NCBI GenBank assembly: GCA_964658305.1
Contig: OZ210884.1
Span: forward strand, 1,178,001 to 1,242,000
Direction: 5' to 3'
DNA length: 64,000 nucleotides
Source of the DNA: Leptogorgia sarmentosa
Lineage: Eukaryota
The notes under the pieces were generated by a model that saw nothing but the letters and a program-made list of their open reading frames with translations, was not told the DNA's origin and searched no databases. Numbering within the stretch: position 1 is the stretch's first letter; every line of letters begins with the position of its first letter. The translations under genes were made by a program, and so were the position numbers. Shown piece after piece: positions 12,801 to 25,789 of the stretch.

Positions 12801-15800
12801 GATTGGTCGAAACCCGTGTTTGGATCAGACCATCCAAACACGAAAACCATAAAGTAATTGTTTATTACCCATATTGCGGGTAGTTTAGTCTATATTGATG
12901 TGCAAGATGACTATATCCTACAAGTCCTAAAAATATGGCAGACAATAGCGGACAAAGAAGGCTTCCAAGAAAGCGAAAAAATAAACTGGAACAACAGCCA
13001 CGAATCATAACAATACGACAATTCATATTCCTTCGGTATATTTTTTCAAAAATGAGAATATAATAGGAAGAATATCGGTTTTAACAGCTTGGTTTTCATT
13101 GACATTTTTTAATTTGCAGAATCCTTGTAAGCCGTATGTTATTAGACCTAAATTTTGGTAAAAAATAGGACTTATTATCCACGTAAATTTCGTGTTTGAA
13201 GTGAAACCATTTTAAGCCAATATTCGTTCGTATTGTTTTAGCTTTAAATTTTTTGAAATCTTTCACTTTCACTTTCAAGACTTCAACTTTCTGGAATTAA
13301 ATCAATTTTGAACCGATCGAATGCGTGAATATCTAGTACAGTACTGAGAATGCTGTGATGTGGTTGGCTACTCTTCTCCTTATCTAATGTATTTTCTAAT
13401 GTGTAGCAAACATTATTATCCTGATTCGTGTCATCCATTTGAAATTTTCAGTTTAGGATTTGTAAACAATGTTATCTGGCAAACATTAATACTTAAGCAC
13501 ATTACATTCAATTAAAACCATTGTATGTCGTCGGAATATTCGATATTATTGAGTTGTTCACAAGCGGTCCGTAAAAAACCATATCCGGACCGTGGTTCAT
13601 ATTTTCCGTATCTGGATCAATGTCCCGGATGTAGTTTATCTAGCGGGAAATTCCCTTTACAAACAGAAAGAATTTTGCTTTTTAATTTTCCAATTTAAAA
13701 TTTACTGATTAGATTTCAAACATCAAAGTTGTTTTTTGTTGAGCATGTATGTCTATCGCATGTTGTTACCCAGTGAAACTGATGATAGCCGATTTAATTC
13801 GTGCGAAAATCATATACTTACAGACACAATTCAGCTATATCATAAACGGACTATTGACCTCGCTTGTTCAGTCCGTACTGTGAAGTATATCAGACGCTCG
13901 GTCAATAAATTATTATTATTATTTAAAATACAATGCATTAAATACATATTTCAATACATTTTATATATATAGAGTGTTGCTGCTATTATAAAACCACCAG
14001 TTCCCGATGTCGTCCAGTTCTTGAAACAACATATCCAGCATGATATAAGATGTATAGCGCGAAGTACTGGCAACAGTGATGACGAGACGGTGCAACTTAT
14101 CCATCTAATCCTTGCCAGTATTGTGAATAATCTCGGCCAAGGCGGAGGTACGTTTGTTGTTCCATTCTTCAAAGCTAAAAACGAAAGTTGAGACAATTTA
14201 TTCGAATCATTAACAATTCAAGTTTCTTCTTTCTTACATTAAAACTTTCAGGTATGGTGAACATAGTTGGCAACCTAACCAGCAAAGAGTCAAGAACAGC
14301 TTGGGAAGACGCATTTATGGCAAATAATTTAAGCCCTGTTCTTTCTGTAAGTTTTTGAAAGCACAAGTTTATGCATGATGTCGTCATTGAAAAAATTAAG
14401 CCTGGCTTTTTACCCTTTTAAATGTAAAATTTTCAGTGCTGTAAACCAGATGATTTCGCGTGCGTTTGTGTTTCAGCCAATCAACGCTCAGAAAGAGTCG
14501 TTTAAATGGATATCTATTTCGACTGTATCTTTCGCTATTCTGTGTGAAACTAGCTAAAATTTTGTAATCATATTTGGTTATGCGAACAATAGCTCTGACA
14601 AAAATATGGAATCGAAATAAAGTATATTGTGGGAGATTTCAAGCTGTTTCAATCGAAAAATGGATTTCTATTTGACAGCTAGTCCCAGTCCTTTTCTGTC
14701 TATTGACGTCACCTGGAAAACATAATGGCAGTGAAATTAAAGTCTGTTAAAGGGAAACAGCTCGTTAAATTTAGCATTTGCTAACTTAAATTTATGCCCT
14801 ATTTCTTGTCATTTTGTGACATTTCTGTTTGATATGCATGTAAATATTTTAGCTTGCACTGTACATGCACATAAAACAGTTTTAGCATTCAAGCTAGAAT
14901 GAGAAAATTGATGAATCCATGTCCCCTTTATTCCCCCATAATGACTTCTTTAGATGATGAATAAACTAAAATGCATATGCAAATTAGGTACAGGCGTAAA
15001 TTAATATAAGCATGCGAAAAGCCAATTTTTCTAAAAAGCGTAAGTTTGCGCGACGATTTGAAGGGCTTAAACTCAACCAGTTTTTTTGAAATTCCGTCCA
15101 TCAATTAAAAATGTGTAAATTTAGGGCGCCAGCCATTTCTTTTCTGTTGGAAAAAATACACACACCTATATAGGTGTGTTGAATTTTACATTTGTATAAA
15201 GAACCAAGGTATATAAATCAAAAACGTTGTACCCTGATCGACTGAAACAGTCTTGTTTACTTTTTGTTTGTAGCTCAAAAGATTCAAAACGTGGAAATGT
15301 TTTTATAAATCATTGTTATTATTATATTTTTAGAATATGACTGGCCTGCTGCGAGACAGTTTGAGACGAATGGTCCAAGATGAAAGACTAGGTAAATGGC
15401 AATATTGTTTTTTTTCGGGATGTGTAAGTTTTATTCATACTCAAATTTCCCCTGAATTGCCAATAAGTAGCTATCTTTTTCAATCTGCAGGCAATAATCG
15501 TTTGATGAGATTGTTAAACGAGCTTGATGTTACAAGTTGTGAGTCCATAACCGAACTGAGCCCAATGTGTCCAGCATTTTGGCGATACCGCAAAAAAATC
15601 ACGATCGAATTCATGTCATTCAAATTTCAAGAGTATTCGCAGGCATGCGATGAGGCGGACAGATGTAAAGTTCTTGCAGAATTTTTGAGAAAGGTACGCA
15701 AATAAATGACACACGTAGTTGTTTGGAATATCAAGGCAAGGAATATCTTTTGACCGTGAGCTGTTTGGTTTGAAGAAAAAGAAAAAACAGGATTATGTGA

Positions 15801-18800
15801 AACTCCCTTGTTAGAATTCTGAGTTTCAAAATCGTTAAAATCAAGCTTACTGAAATGCGGCGTTATTTTAAACACGTTACACGTACTATGATGTTTCTTA
15901 CAAACTCCATTTGCCAACCTCGTCAAGCTCAATATTAACTGATTCCAGTCATGTTAGATACTGCATGCTATGTGTGAAGTATAATCTTGGAATGACTCAG
16001 TTGTGCATTCTTCCCTGTTACATGATAAACCTTGCAATAATGCCAAAAAGTGCAATGCCAAATAATAATTATAATAATAATAATAAATAATACTGACAAT
16101 GCCAAAAAGTGCAATGAAATGACCGATTATAAAGTATTACACATTTTTGGGGCATTTTTGAAAGTGAAGTTAAATTTTACACAACTGCAACTAATCTAAT
16201 AGTCCATATTAAAGATATTGGCATGTTCACTCAAACTACATAAAAAAATCGTTCCGTATTTGCAAAAAATAATCAGAACTTACTATTGATTTACATTGTT
16301 TAGACTGACCAAAAATACTGTATTTCCCCATAAATTTCAGAATTGTATAAATTTTGTTGTGAAAACAAATGTCCTAAAGCGAGGACTAGACGATATAAAA
16401 TATATAATGCATAAGTCTCTGCCGAAAAAGGCCCGTCGTAAGTTTATATTTCGTAAGTGCAATAGTGTATCCCCGCTACATAATTATTTTGATCACTTCA
16501 GGATTAATGAACTATTTCATGATTTTCGTAGGAACACCATCTCCGTGCGTTGCAATATCTTCCAGATATTCTGAAACTTCAACGTCTACTCTTTGAGAAA
16601 CTTCATCGTCGTTTGGATCGAAATGAAGCGGATGAATTTACCATGGATAAATTCATGAAAAGATGTAAGAAAAACTGGTTTAGTTTCATATATATAACCA
16701 CTTTACCTGTATTAGCGATACTAGTGACACCGATTTTTAGGGACAGTTTTGGAAAATAAAAGCAATAGGCAAAAAATCTGTAGGTAGGATCCGATTACCA
16801 AAGCTGTACGAACACTACTATAGTGTGGTTGGTGTTTATGTTTTGCAGAAAGGTTTGAAATTTTTTAGAGTACTAACATACCATTAAAATTTCATGCTCT
16901 CTTACTAACCAGTGAGGAGTGGTTCTTGTCGATTTGCTAAATGTCTCCATATTAAAATGAATACAAACAAACTTAAATGAAAACAAGTATGGAAATGTTG
17001 TGGATAATTAATTAATCAACCAGGCCACCGAATAAGTGTAGAAATAGGAGCATTTTCTAGGTACTGAAATGATAGTTACAGCAACTTAGACAAAAAAGAG
17101 TACTTAATTCTCGTTGCAAAAAAGGCTAAAACGTAGGAGGGGGAGACATTCCCCTGTCCCTCCTCCTCAAATTTGATACTTATTGTTTTACGTTTCCTTC
17201 AGCTCCTCAAACGAAACAACAGTTCAATGGTCTTGTCAACAGTTTCAAAATGGCTTGGAAAATTGTCCGATCTTGTCTAGCACAAAATGGCAAGTACATT
17301 AATTTACTTTTACATCTAACAACAACATTTTTGCCAGATTGCAAATAATTTTCACACAACCCAATATCGGTGAGACCACTGCATGGAAAACATGACAGTT
17401 TTATTTTTCACAATTTTCAATTTGTGTGACCATTTCATACTGCCCATAACTAAAATAAAATTCGTTTAGTTTAGTTTTATTAGTTTAAAACAGCTTGGAT
17501 ACACGAGCTTCTGTCAACTTGGAATGATTTCTGAACTGATTAAATAAAATTACGTATTATTAGTTGCTCCGTCAATTGTAGAGTAATTTTTGGGTTGGTC
17601 TTCTAAAATTACTTCCGAGTTAGTTACGTAGTAAAGGTAAATAGTTATTTAAATTGTTTCTTTTAAGCCTGGTTCACACTAGTCGCATTTCATCGGTGAT
17701 CTATTGTATTTCCTTCTGACAGTGTGAACCAGCTAGGCCTTAAGACGTACAGACGTATCTATATAGTAGATATTAATATTAAGTGTCTCTTAGTATATGG
17801 AAACTTATTTCTAGCTTTGAAAGTACTCATGAATAGCATGCATATATATGTATGAAAAAGAAAAGTGAAGTGACTAGTGAAATCTGAGATGTTCATATGT
17901 ACTGTCGGGACTCAGAAAGTCAAATATATAGAGGATATTACACGGCGGTGCGAAGATATGAATTTTATCTTCGAGTGGCTAAAGCAAAGAATTATTATAT
18001 ATAGTCGTAAAAGGCAGTCGGCAATATTAATTTTTGATCGATAATGCTAAATTTTTCAACGAAATACATCATAATCCAAATTCAAGGAATACCTAGCTGG
18101 GCATCATTTTAGTGCTTTCTTGTAGTATTTTAATTTTATGGACAAGAACATTATTGTTTTTTCATTGAACAAAGGCAAACATTGGTTCCTCGCTCTTAGA
18201 CGAACATCGTCACTTTAAAAACAAATTTTTGGCAGGAAATTATCAATTGATCGATGTCTTCACTAGTGAAAATATGGAAAATATCTCACTGTGTATTTTT
18301 CGGTTTCTCACTGTCTACTATATAATAAAGTGAAATCTTGGATGTTCACATAATTATATTGTCAGAACTCAGAAGTTAAATATAATCTGGAATAAAATCT
18401 GGGATGCTCATAATTATATACTGTCGGGTTTCCGAAGTTCCAACTCAATACATGCTATTTCGTAACACCAAATTTATATTTCCTACAAAATAATGTCATA
18501 GAAATGCTTATAACAGTGTATAACATAAATCCCCATTGGTCAACACTTCAAGAACACAACAGAAATGAGTGAAATATTATAGACCTTCCGCGCACTTGTC
18601 AAATTTCGAGTTTCGAATTTCGCCATTTTGAAAAACTAAGGCGCCTATTGCGGAAACAATGCGAACCTTAATTCTGTCTTGGTTACTTCATATATAAACA
18701 CAATTCCTGGACTCAAAAGTCCCTACAGCCATTCCAGTTTTGGGACTTTGTAGTTCCGTCGGTAAGCAAAGTGTCAAATTGCAAATTGCTGTCAAAATCA

Positions 18801-21800
18801 TAGACGCTTTCAAATGAGTCAAAAGAATTCTTATCTTTTAAAGCATAACAACTAATTTATGCATTCGATGTTTCTTCTCTCATAGGTCCTCACTCAATTT
18901 CAGAGAAAATGTCTCGCCTTGATGTGAAAAGTTCAACACCAATTTCCATGTTCTTGCCTGCAAAATTTGGCCTGGGAAAATGCGCTTTGGCTTTGAATAA
19001 TTTTCTGGTAACTTTACATAATGATTTCGTTGGCCGTTGTAAGAGCTTGCTGAACGATGAAAGCAGGTAAAGATTATTATTTAATAACTATGTTAGATTT
19101 TTTTTTTGTTTTCAACGGGGTTATAATACCTTCAAATCTTGGTTTGATAATCTCCAGGTATATGGTTGGGGGGCTGAAATTAAGTAAGTAAGGTCTTTAT
19201 TTTAAGAGGGTAACACTAATGCTGGGATTACACTATGCCGGAATGCTTTTCGTACCGGATTGCTTTTTAATCCCAGTTGCAAAACGTACGCCTGCTCACA
19301 CTACTGCCAGAACTCCCGTACAGCTCCTTCCCCTTTGCCGTTTCTGCTGGGGTCACATGTAGTATAAATCCCTCTATGATGCTTTTTTAAAAGCAAAAAC
19401 TTTCCAAAAGAGTGACTGTCGTAATACATTTTTTGCACACTACGAGAATACTGTAGTGTTTACACTGCTACGAAACTGCTCCGGATTGCTTTTCATATCA
19501 TCCCCAGAGCGGAGTGATTTTCGCTCCGTGGAGCGTATCAGATTGTAGCGGTGTTGTGCGAACAGCAGCCACAATCTCGTACGAAAATCGTTACGCTCCG
19601 GAGGAATACGGTATAGTGTAATCCTGGCCTAAATAGCCAAGGCTAATAAACTTGTGGCCCCCTGTGCAGGTAAAGATACAGATTTAGCAAAAAATAGTAA
19701 ACGTAAAGATAAAATATGGAAAATGACGACGGTGATCTGACGTGGTATGAATTTTCAGGAAAATTATAACGCTTGCCTGTTTGTGTCGAACCAAAAACCT
19801 GTGGAGGTAAAACTAATAGTCCGTCGGCTGCGCCAACCGACTAATTACCAACGGAGTACGGACCGATTGCATACATGGCGAGAAATAACGGACACGCATG
19901 CGCACAACGTACGTTCGCTTTTTGAGTGAAAATGTGAGACAAGTATTACATGAGTTACATTGGCGAAACCGATAAATTACTTCCCGAAACCTGCCGATGC
20001 GAAACGATGGATAAGGTTTACAGATATTGCAGGCAATTTGCTCAGCAAGATATATATCACTTGCTCTCGTGATATCTTATCGCTCGTTTTTAGATTATGG
20101 CTTATACATTAGACAACAGTAAAAAAATGATGAACTAGCCTTTTCTGGCGAAATTCAAAGCATATTTTGAGGGTATATCTCGGCCATCTTTCGAGCTGTT
20201 TCAATCGATTTTAAAAAGTTAATATGACTAGCGTTCACGCTGAAATCACGCTTTTGTCTTTGTTCTTGAACCATAGTCGTTTTTTAATGTTAAAAATGGG
20301 TAAATTCTAGAAAAGATTCAGCTTTCTAATGGTGATGGACCTATGTCAATTAATTTGAATACCGTAAGCTGAGACAGGAGACCAAGTACTTAGTCATCTT
20401 TCGATTCGATGCAATATTTTTCGGTGCGATACTTTATTCCAATACATTGCGTGTGAGTGAATGCGGCGGTTTAATATTCAGCACGGCCAGTATAATTTCG
20501 CAATCACGTCCATTATTTTTCGCCATAATGGGCGAAATTTGAAAACTGATTTCATCAGCCTTTGAAAAACATCCCAAATTGCAAAGTTTCGGTGCGAAAT
20601 GTTGTGAAATATGGAAAATATAACTGTTCAAAACTAAAGTTACATGCAGCATTAGTTAGTTACAACATTTTCCAGGTATATAGTACAGATGTATACAAAA
20701 TCTGCCAAATTTGTACACCCAGACTTTGAAGTTTTACTAATTTTTGGAAGTTTTAATATAACGCCTTTAAATGAATTGTATTTTATCGAATTTTACCTAT
20801 TTTGGAATCGGTCCATTAATAGCTGAAGGCTATGAAAATCGACGAATATTCTAGAAAATAAACGTTAAAATGAGCACAAGGATATATTCTCTTCAAGCCA
20901 AAGTGAATCCTTTGAGACTGTTAATGGAATTATTATACTGCTCTAAAGCAATTTAATCCAAATTCTCTATTGTCCTTGCTTTTTGTTAGTAGAGTTCTGT
21001 GAAAAAAAACTTGTTATGGCACAATTTACTTGTATATTCATAGCAATATAGTCATTCCATATTCTCGGTTTGCAAATTTCAGTTCAAGGATAGTCCAATC
21101 CTCACAATTCATTATATTTTTTACTAGTCCTCCAGAAATTCCGCTGTCCAACGTCACTAAGGCTCATCTTGTAGCATACGATCCCGATAAAGACTTCTTG
21201 CCAATGATCTTCGCACACTGCGATTATTCTTTGAAAGTTGGCGAGGGAACTACAATCGACTTTAACTGGAAATGTTTGGAAAGACAGGTGGTAGACAGAT
21301 TCATCAGAGGAAGACCTAGACTAACACCTTTGGTAAATACGTTATAAACATTTCAAAACACTAGCAACAGTTGTTAACCAGATATCAGACACGAGCCAAT
21401 AACCGACACTTTTAGATATGACAGCGCAGGAAGTACTGGAATGTTACAAAAACCAGCTATCTGTCATAATTTCATTCCAATCGTAAAATCTTAAGAAATA
21501 CAAAAAAATCATGGGTAATTTTTGTGCTGTTCAAATTCTTATGAGTTAAGAATCCTGATTAAACGTCATTTTCCTTTAATTGTCGTTTAAATTTACGAAG
21601 TGCCACTTCAAATAATCTTTGGATTCCCAATTTTTTTCCCCAGATTGAGTTGTTCGTGTTTAGTAAGGATATTTGTGACGGAGAAGTATTTAAAGCCTTG
21701 AAGCAAAAGATACCTCAGGTATGTCCAGATTGAACTTTTAATACAAATTGAGTATAGTGTTTTCTAACGCATGGAGTGATGCAAATTTCAAAGATTTTCC

Positions 21801-24800
21801 AGAGCTCATGGCTTGTATTGTTCTTGAGAGACAAACAAAATTTCCTCAAGTACCAAATGTGTTGTCTATCTTATTCATAGCATTATAAATCCAATTACAA
21901 ATGGGTCAGTTCTTAGTACAACTGAACATAGCAGTGCCAACGCGAAAATGCAGCGCGGAGGCCTGGGTACGACAACGTCGATTGGTGAGCATGTCGTCGT
22001 TAAAAAAACTGTTTGGGAGTTTTAGAACGGCAATGTTAAAATTCTCAGTTGATAGCGATAGAATTGTGTTTAATGTGAAATTTATTTTTGCTTTCGAGTT
22101 GGACATGATTTTTTTCCAAGTAGCGCTAATCTCGCGAGATCTTTTTGGATAATCGAAGGGCCTTTCTGCCAACATTTCTTTTTCAAGTTCCAGGTCGTGT
22201 TCTGGTGCCCATTTCCTGGCCACATTCGCTTTCCTTTGTAATATAAAAAGAATTAACATAAACAAATTATTTATATAAGTGAACAGATGTCAAATTTATT
22301 CAAAAAACTATGAAATAAATAAATGCAAAGATCACAATCAGTTCAAAAAACACAAACGTATAAACAGAGCCAATAGCGTTATACAAATTGATTTTTTTAA
22401 TTGTCAAGCGAAAGTTCTAAAAGTTTTCAGAAATTACTGTTTATAATAACAACAAGGACCATGAATCGATATTCTTACCTTTATTAGCAGTTATAAAAGC
22501 AATACTCATTCTCGGCCATTCTCGTTTCCAAAAAAGAGAAGAAATACAGAAATTGTCTTGACAACGTGAAACACAGCGAAATGCTGTTCTCAAAGCGCCA
22601 TCAAATAAAAGACAACGTGAAAACGTTTCTAGTGCCAGTCTTTTTGCTCGGCTAATGCCGTTGCCGTAGCCTGCGCGTCGTGTTTCCCAAACTCGCTATC
22701 GAGGAAAATGTGCGGTTGGTTCAGATCTGGCATTATACAAAAAATAAATGTTCATTCCTGCAATGTAAGAATAATTATTTTCATTCGGTGAAAGATGATG
22801 AAGTGATCTATTCAACGAGGCGATAGCCGAATTGAATGGAACATTCCATCTTTCACCGAATGAAAGTATTCTTATCATTGCACGAATAAAAACATTCATT
22901 ATTTGTTTTATATAATACCAAAATACGCTATTCCTTTTTTAGAACAGTTTATTAAAAAATTAGAACGTATTAAAACTGAACTGCATAGGAAAAATAATTC
23001 GAATTCCACCTAATAGTTGAGCAAGATGAGATTTTTTACTATAATGTCATGATCTGTATGTGTATTCCATATTTCGGTTGTCCCACTTTAAACATTTTTT
23101 GCATTTTTGACCTTCTAGGTAGAATTAAGTCGCCCTGTCCAAGATCAAATATTGAATGAACTAACTCAACTGACTGATGTTTGTGATGTACTTAAATCGA
23201 TCCATATTGCCATTGGATTTTTGTCGTCTGCTGGGGGAGATCCATTAATGTCTATCCACGAATACTTTCATTCAGGATTGAAGATGACGCCTAAAAATGG
23301 CTTGAGAAGCGGAAAGGTAAAACTGTCTTAAAGACTTCATTTCCTGTTCTAAGTTGACAGTACTTTGTCAACATGATGGTTTTTTTGCCCTTTTACGTTT
23401 GATGAAAATTTTAAGCATAATTCTTTCCTGCAGTGGTCTATGATGGAACGACTTTTACTGCATACGGCTATATATGCCTTCGTCTTTGTTTGGGACATGT
23501 TTTGGGGAAATTGGTATTTGAAAATACTTTTAACATAGTGAACGACAATGAGTCATTTGAATTCGTTTTATCAAGCCTGATTTAGGAGATATTTTGATAG
23601 AAAACACTTCGTAGCGGTCGACGACGGGGTCGAAATATTTGATCGAAAATTAAAAGTACAATGGAATTAGTATAATACGTGAAATGTAACGTTCTTTCAA
23701 ACAAGACAATCTTAATTTTGTTTCAACTTTCCTTTAACCAATTATTTGAATTGACTTCTAATTTTCTGAGTGATTATTTTTTCTTTCCAGGCTAAACAGT
23801 CCTGTCAACTGCAACACATTATATCACTATGGCTGTTGTTATCTTTAGAAAGAGCAAGAGTATTGACACAGCGTAAACAGGTTTGTACGTACGTAAGGTG
23901 CACAGTGCTTACTAATGAGGTGCGCGTCTCGAATTTTGTTTTAAGACAAACATTTCGGAGAAAATTTCCTGTCGCAAAGCTTTCAAATAAGCCTAATGTT
24001 CCTCGTAAAACGGAGAAGAATTGTCTCATTGAATTTCTGGGATAAAAATACATCGATTATTAAATATTTGCGTAAGATTTAAATTAAAATTCCCGGGAAC
24101 ACGAAACCTTGCGGGCCAGATAGTCACGTGTACTGTTCAATGATTGGAATTGACGTTTTCGTCGCTAAAAACTCGTGTAGTAACGTGAACAAGAAGGAAG
24201 GAAAATTTAAATGTAGCTAATTAGAGACGTTTCGGATTCGCATATTCTCTAAATTATCGAACATGTTGAATTTCTACATTTATGGAATTTCATCGTATTG
24301 TTTCTCCGAATATTTAGGTTTCTCTGAATTTGTATGAAGCTCGCACAATTTAACGAGATCTGGAGATTTTTGAATGAAAACGTGAAAATTTTGTTTCTCA
24401 AGTCAGACGACAAATTTGGATTTATCTTCATTTTTGTGCACGTTTTCTAGAACCGAAAAGGTCGATTGAAATTGACCTTATTAACTGGAATGATATTACC
24501 TGGAAATAGCTCATACGTGTCTTAAAAATGCAGGACGCGTCATTTAAAAATATATTGCTTTTGATATCTTGCCTATGCATTGTTGTATTATATTCTATCA
24601 GGATTGTTGTTAATGGCGGATCCAAGATTTTTCGTACTTTAGTAAAACAATTTGTTGCTACACATCCTGGAAGAGGAGGTGCAGTGGGGTGTGTAGGAAC
24701 TTCAGTCAAGATTAGGGTCCCGAGGGAGTTCATATGTGTCCTACTTTATAACACATGTTACTTGAAAAATGACTGTTCATCCAATGTGACGGATTCGTAA

Positions 24801-25789
24801 ACTTGCTCTATCACTTTTATGCCATATGTATATGGATCAAGTATTAATATAAGATGGCAGAAAGTTTTATTTCATACTTTTAAACGTGAAACAAATTAGA
24901 TTTTTATTGCCAATGTTTTATCAGAGCGTTTACTATTTCTTAGGATCCGTTTGATGATGTATCGGATATGGTGAAGTCATCACTTGACAAGAAACAAAAG
25001 TTTTTCTTAAACGGTGGATTACAAAAGCTAAATGTGGATCATTTTGTTCGTGAATTGCTGGAATTTATTTTGCTTTACCTGAAGAATGCCCCTGAAGAGC
25101 AGCTACACTTTCCGTAAGTTTGCATTGAAATTGTAATTTAAAAGTACACGGGCATATATTCGTTCCTGTACCTGTAAAACTTCTGATTGCACTGAAACAA
25201 CCTGGCCTAAATAGAGAATTGTTTGGGGCACTATTCTATATGTTGATTATCCTAATTGCTTGTTTGGAATCATGTGAATTTTCACCCGAATGACTTGTTT
25301 CACCAAAATTGTACACGATTTTTCTCAGGATCTGAGTAGTTGTAGGGAGATAAACTGAACGCTGACACACGCCTATAGAGACTTAAAATGGCTCTATAAC
25401 TCTTAAAATTTTTCCAATGGATCCATGTTTGTCACACTTGCCTGTCAACTGAAATTCCCAATCCACGCCATTGCAAACAACAAAGATAATCCAGTCTGTT
25501 CAATAGCCGGTTAAACTTTACACATGCAGTGAGTTCATACACCCCTAATGTGTAGCTGCATGAAGAATGTCTACAGTCTATTCCTCTTATTCTAATATAT
25601 ATCTTTTTTCATCACGTGCACTTTAGTTTATCACAGTATATCAATGCCAAGCTGGATGAAAAGGAATGTGACCAGATCGACGGCTTGGAGGACTATATAC
25701 CGCAAGACATTCAAGTAAAACATGCTGTAGAAGCTTGGAAAGTAGCTTGCCAGAAAAGTGAAGATTACCACTCAAGGATGCAGCCGTAA
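810..25789 (+). CDS. RNF213: E3 ubiquitin-protein ligase RNF213 (mysterin)-like, 3' part (28 coding exons, ~1359 aa; 5' end outside window)
   Basis: Hand-spliced exons with consistent phases: 810-1054, 1876-1984, 2793-2893, 3376-3555, 3955-4197, 4420-4531, 5808-6212, 8143-8262, 8829-8939, 9557-9610, 9772-9972, 10458-10536, 11574-11608, 12137-12234, 12559-12712, 13973-14147, 14252-14346, 15334-15391, 15491-15693, 16532-16664, 17203-17289, 18886-19066, 21128-21332, 21644-21718, 23119-23316, 23791-23880, 24944-25113, 25627-25789 (TAA). Total 4080 nt, open frame. Translation shows RNF213-type motifs in the expected order: RING, FRNRCKSFFMELVSLYCF, DVCPVIRSYILQQLL, AFIPTMP, RZ finger, DRSTTGHILG, LQYLPDILKLQR, LPAKFGLGKCALAL...LHND, HLVAYDPDKDFLPMIFAHCDYSL, IAIGFLSSAGGDP, LQHIISLW. 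Confidence 0.93.
3376..3555 (+). CDS. RNF213: RNF213 exon encoding the C3HC4 RING finger
   Basis: AG at 3374-75 and GT at 3556. CEICKSPLEDPVQMPCRHVCCMPCADGWFEDHDVCPLC fits C-x2-C-x11-C-x-H-x2-C-x2-C-x10-C-x2-C. Confidence 0.95.
4573..4626 (+). repeat. Degenerate (TTAGGG)-like hexamer run
   Basis: gttatggttagggttaggatcaggattatggttaggattagatttaaggatta. Confidence 0.6.
5135..5753 (+). repeat. Interspersed repeat family A, copy 1, with six 21-bp tandem units (TGATAACACAAAATTGCACTG)
   Basis: Colinear with 44228-44808 (direct) and 45363-45930 (inverted); starts AATAGTATGGTTTCGAGTGCAATTTGG; tandem units at ~5561-5690. Confidence 0.85.
7064..7345 (+). mobile_element. tRNA-derived repeat monomer (SINE/retrozyme-like) with terminal redundancy
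   Basis: tRNA-like segment 7222-7293 with A box TAGCTCAAATCG and B box GTTCAAATCC. cagtgtcaga(t)taatatgaatctagtttt-like sequence recurs at ~7028, ~7064 and ~7317. Degenerate CTGAGGA-stem-GAAAC at 7101-7130. Confidence 0.55.
7819..8010. mobile_element. Degenerate short TIR element
   Basis: GGGCCGGTTG... / ...AACACTGGCCC termini; internal GGAGTTAACT / AGTTAACTCC inverted pair. Confidence 0.45.
9041..9175. mobile_element. Short Harbinger-like MITE
   Basis: TIRs AGCTATGTTTACACGCTACGATTTG / CAAATCGCAGCGTGTAAACGTACCT, followed by TAA. Confidence 0.65.
10305..10441 (+). repeat. Interspersed repeat family C end fragment (second copy at 33586-33727)
   Basis: CACGATGAC.AAAGCGGAA...GAAATAGCTGTGTTTACATAATCTCACATCAACAC...GCGCGCGCAGTCTTTTTCACTTA.TTCCGGTTATTTTATAAA in both places. 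Confidence 0.8.
10458..12234 (+). CDS. RNF213: RNF213 RZ finger (RNF213-ZNFX1 finger), split over exons 10458-10536, 11574-11608, 12137-12234
   Basis: Spliced translation NAFIPTMP...RWY|ECPNGHRYIITE|CGNPYQNYNCPTCNASIGGENH matches the RZ pattern WYxCPNGHxYxIxECGxPxxxxxCPxCxxxIGGxxH. The two later exons are absent from the ORF track. Confidence 0.92.
17878..18440 (+). repeat. Degenerate ~60-bp tandem repeat (3 units) interrupted by a ~400-bp insertion
   Basis: GAAATCT.GGATGTTCA.AT....ACTGTCGGGACTCAGAAG units at ~17878, ~18330 and ~18394; insertion ~17926-18328 begins TATATAGAGGATATTACACGG. Confidence 0.6.
19220..19629. mobile_element. PIF/Harbinger-type MITE, TAA TSD
   Basis: Imperfect TIRs TGCTGGGATTACACTAT / ATAGTGTAATCCTGGCC; TAA at 19217-19 and 19630-32; internal CCGGATTGCTTTT repeats. 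Confidence 0.75.
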
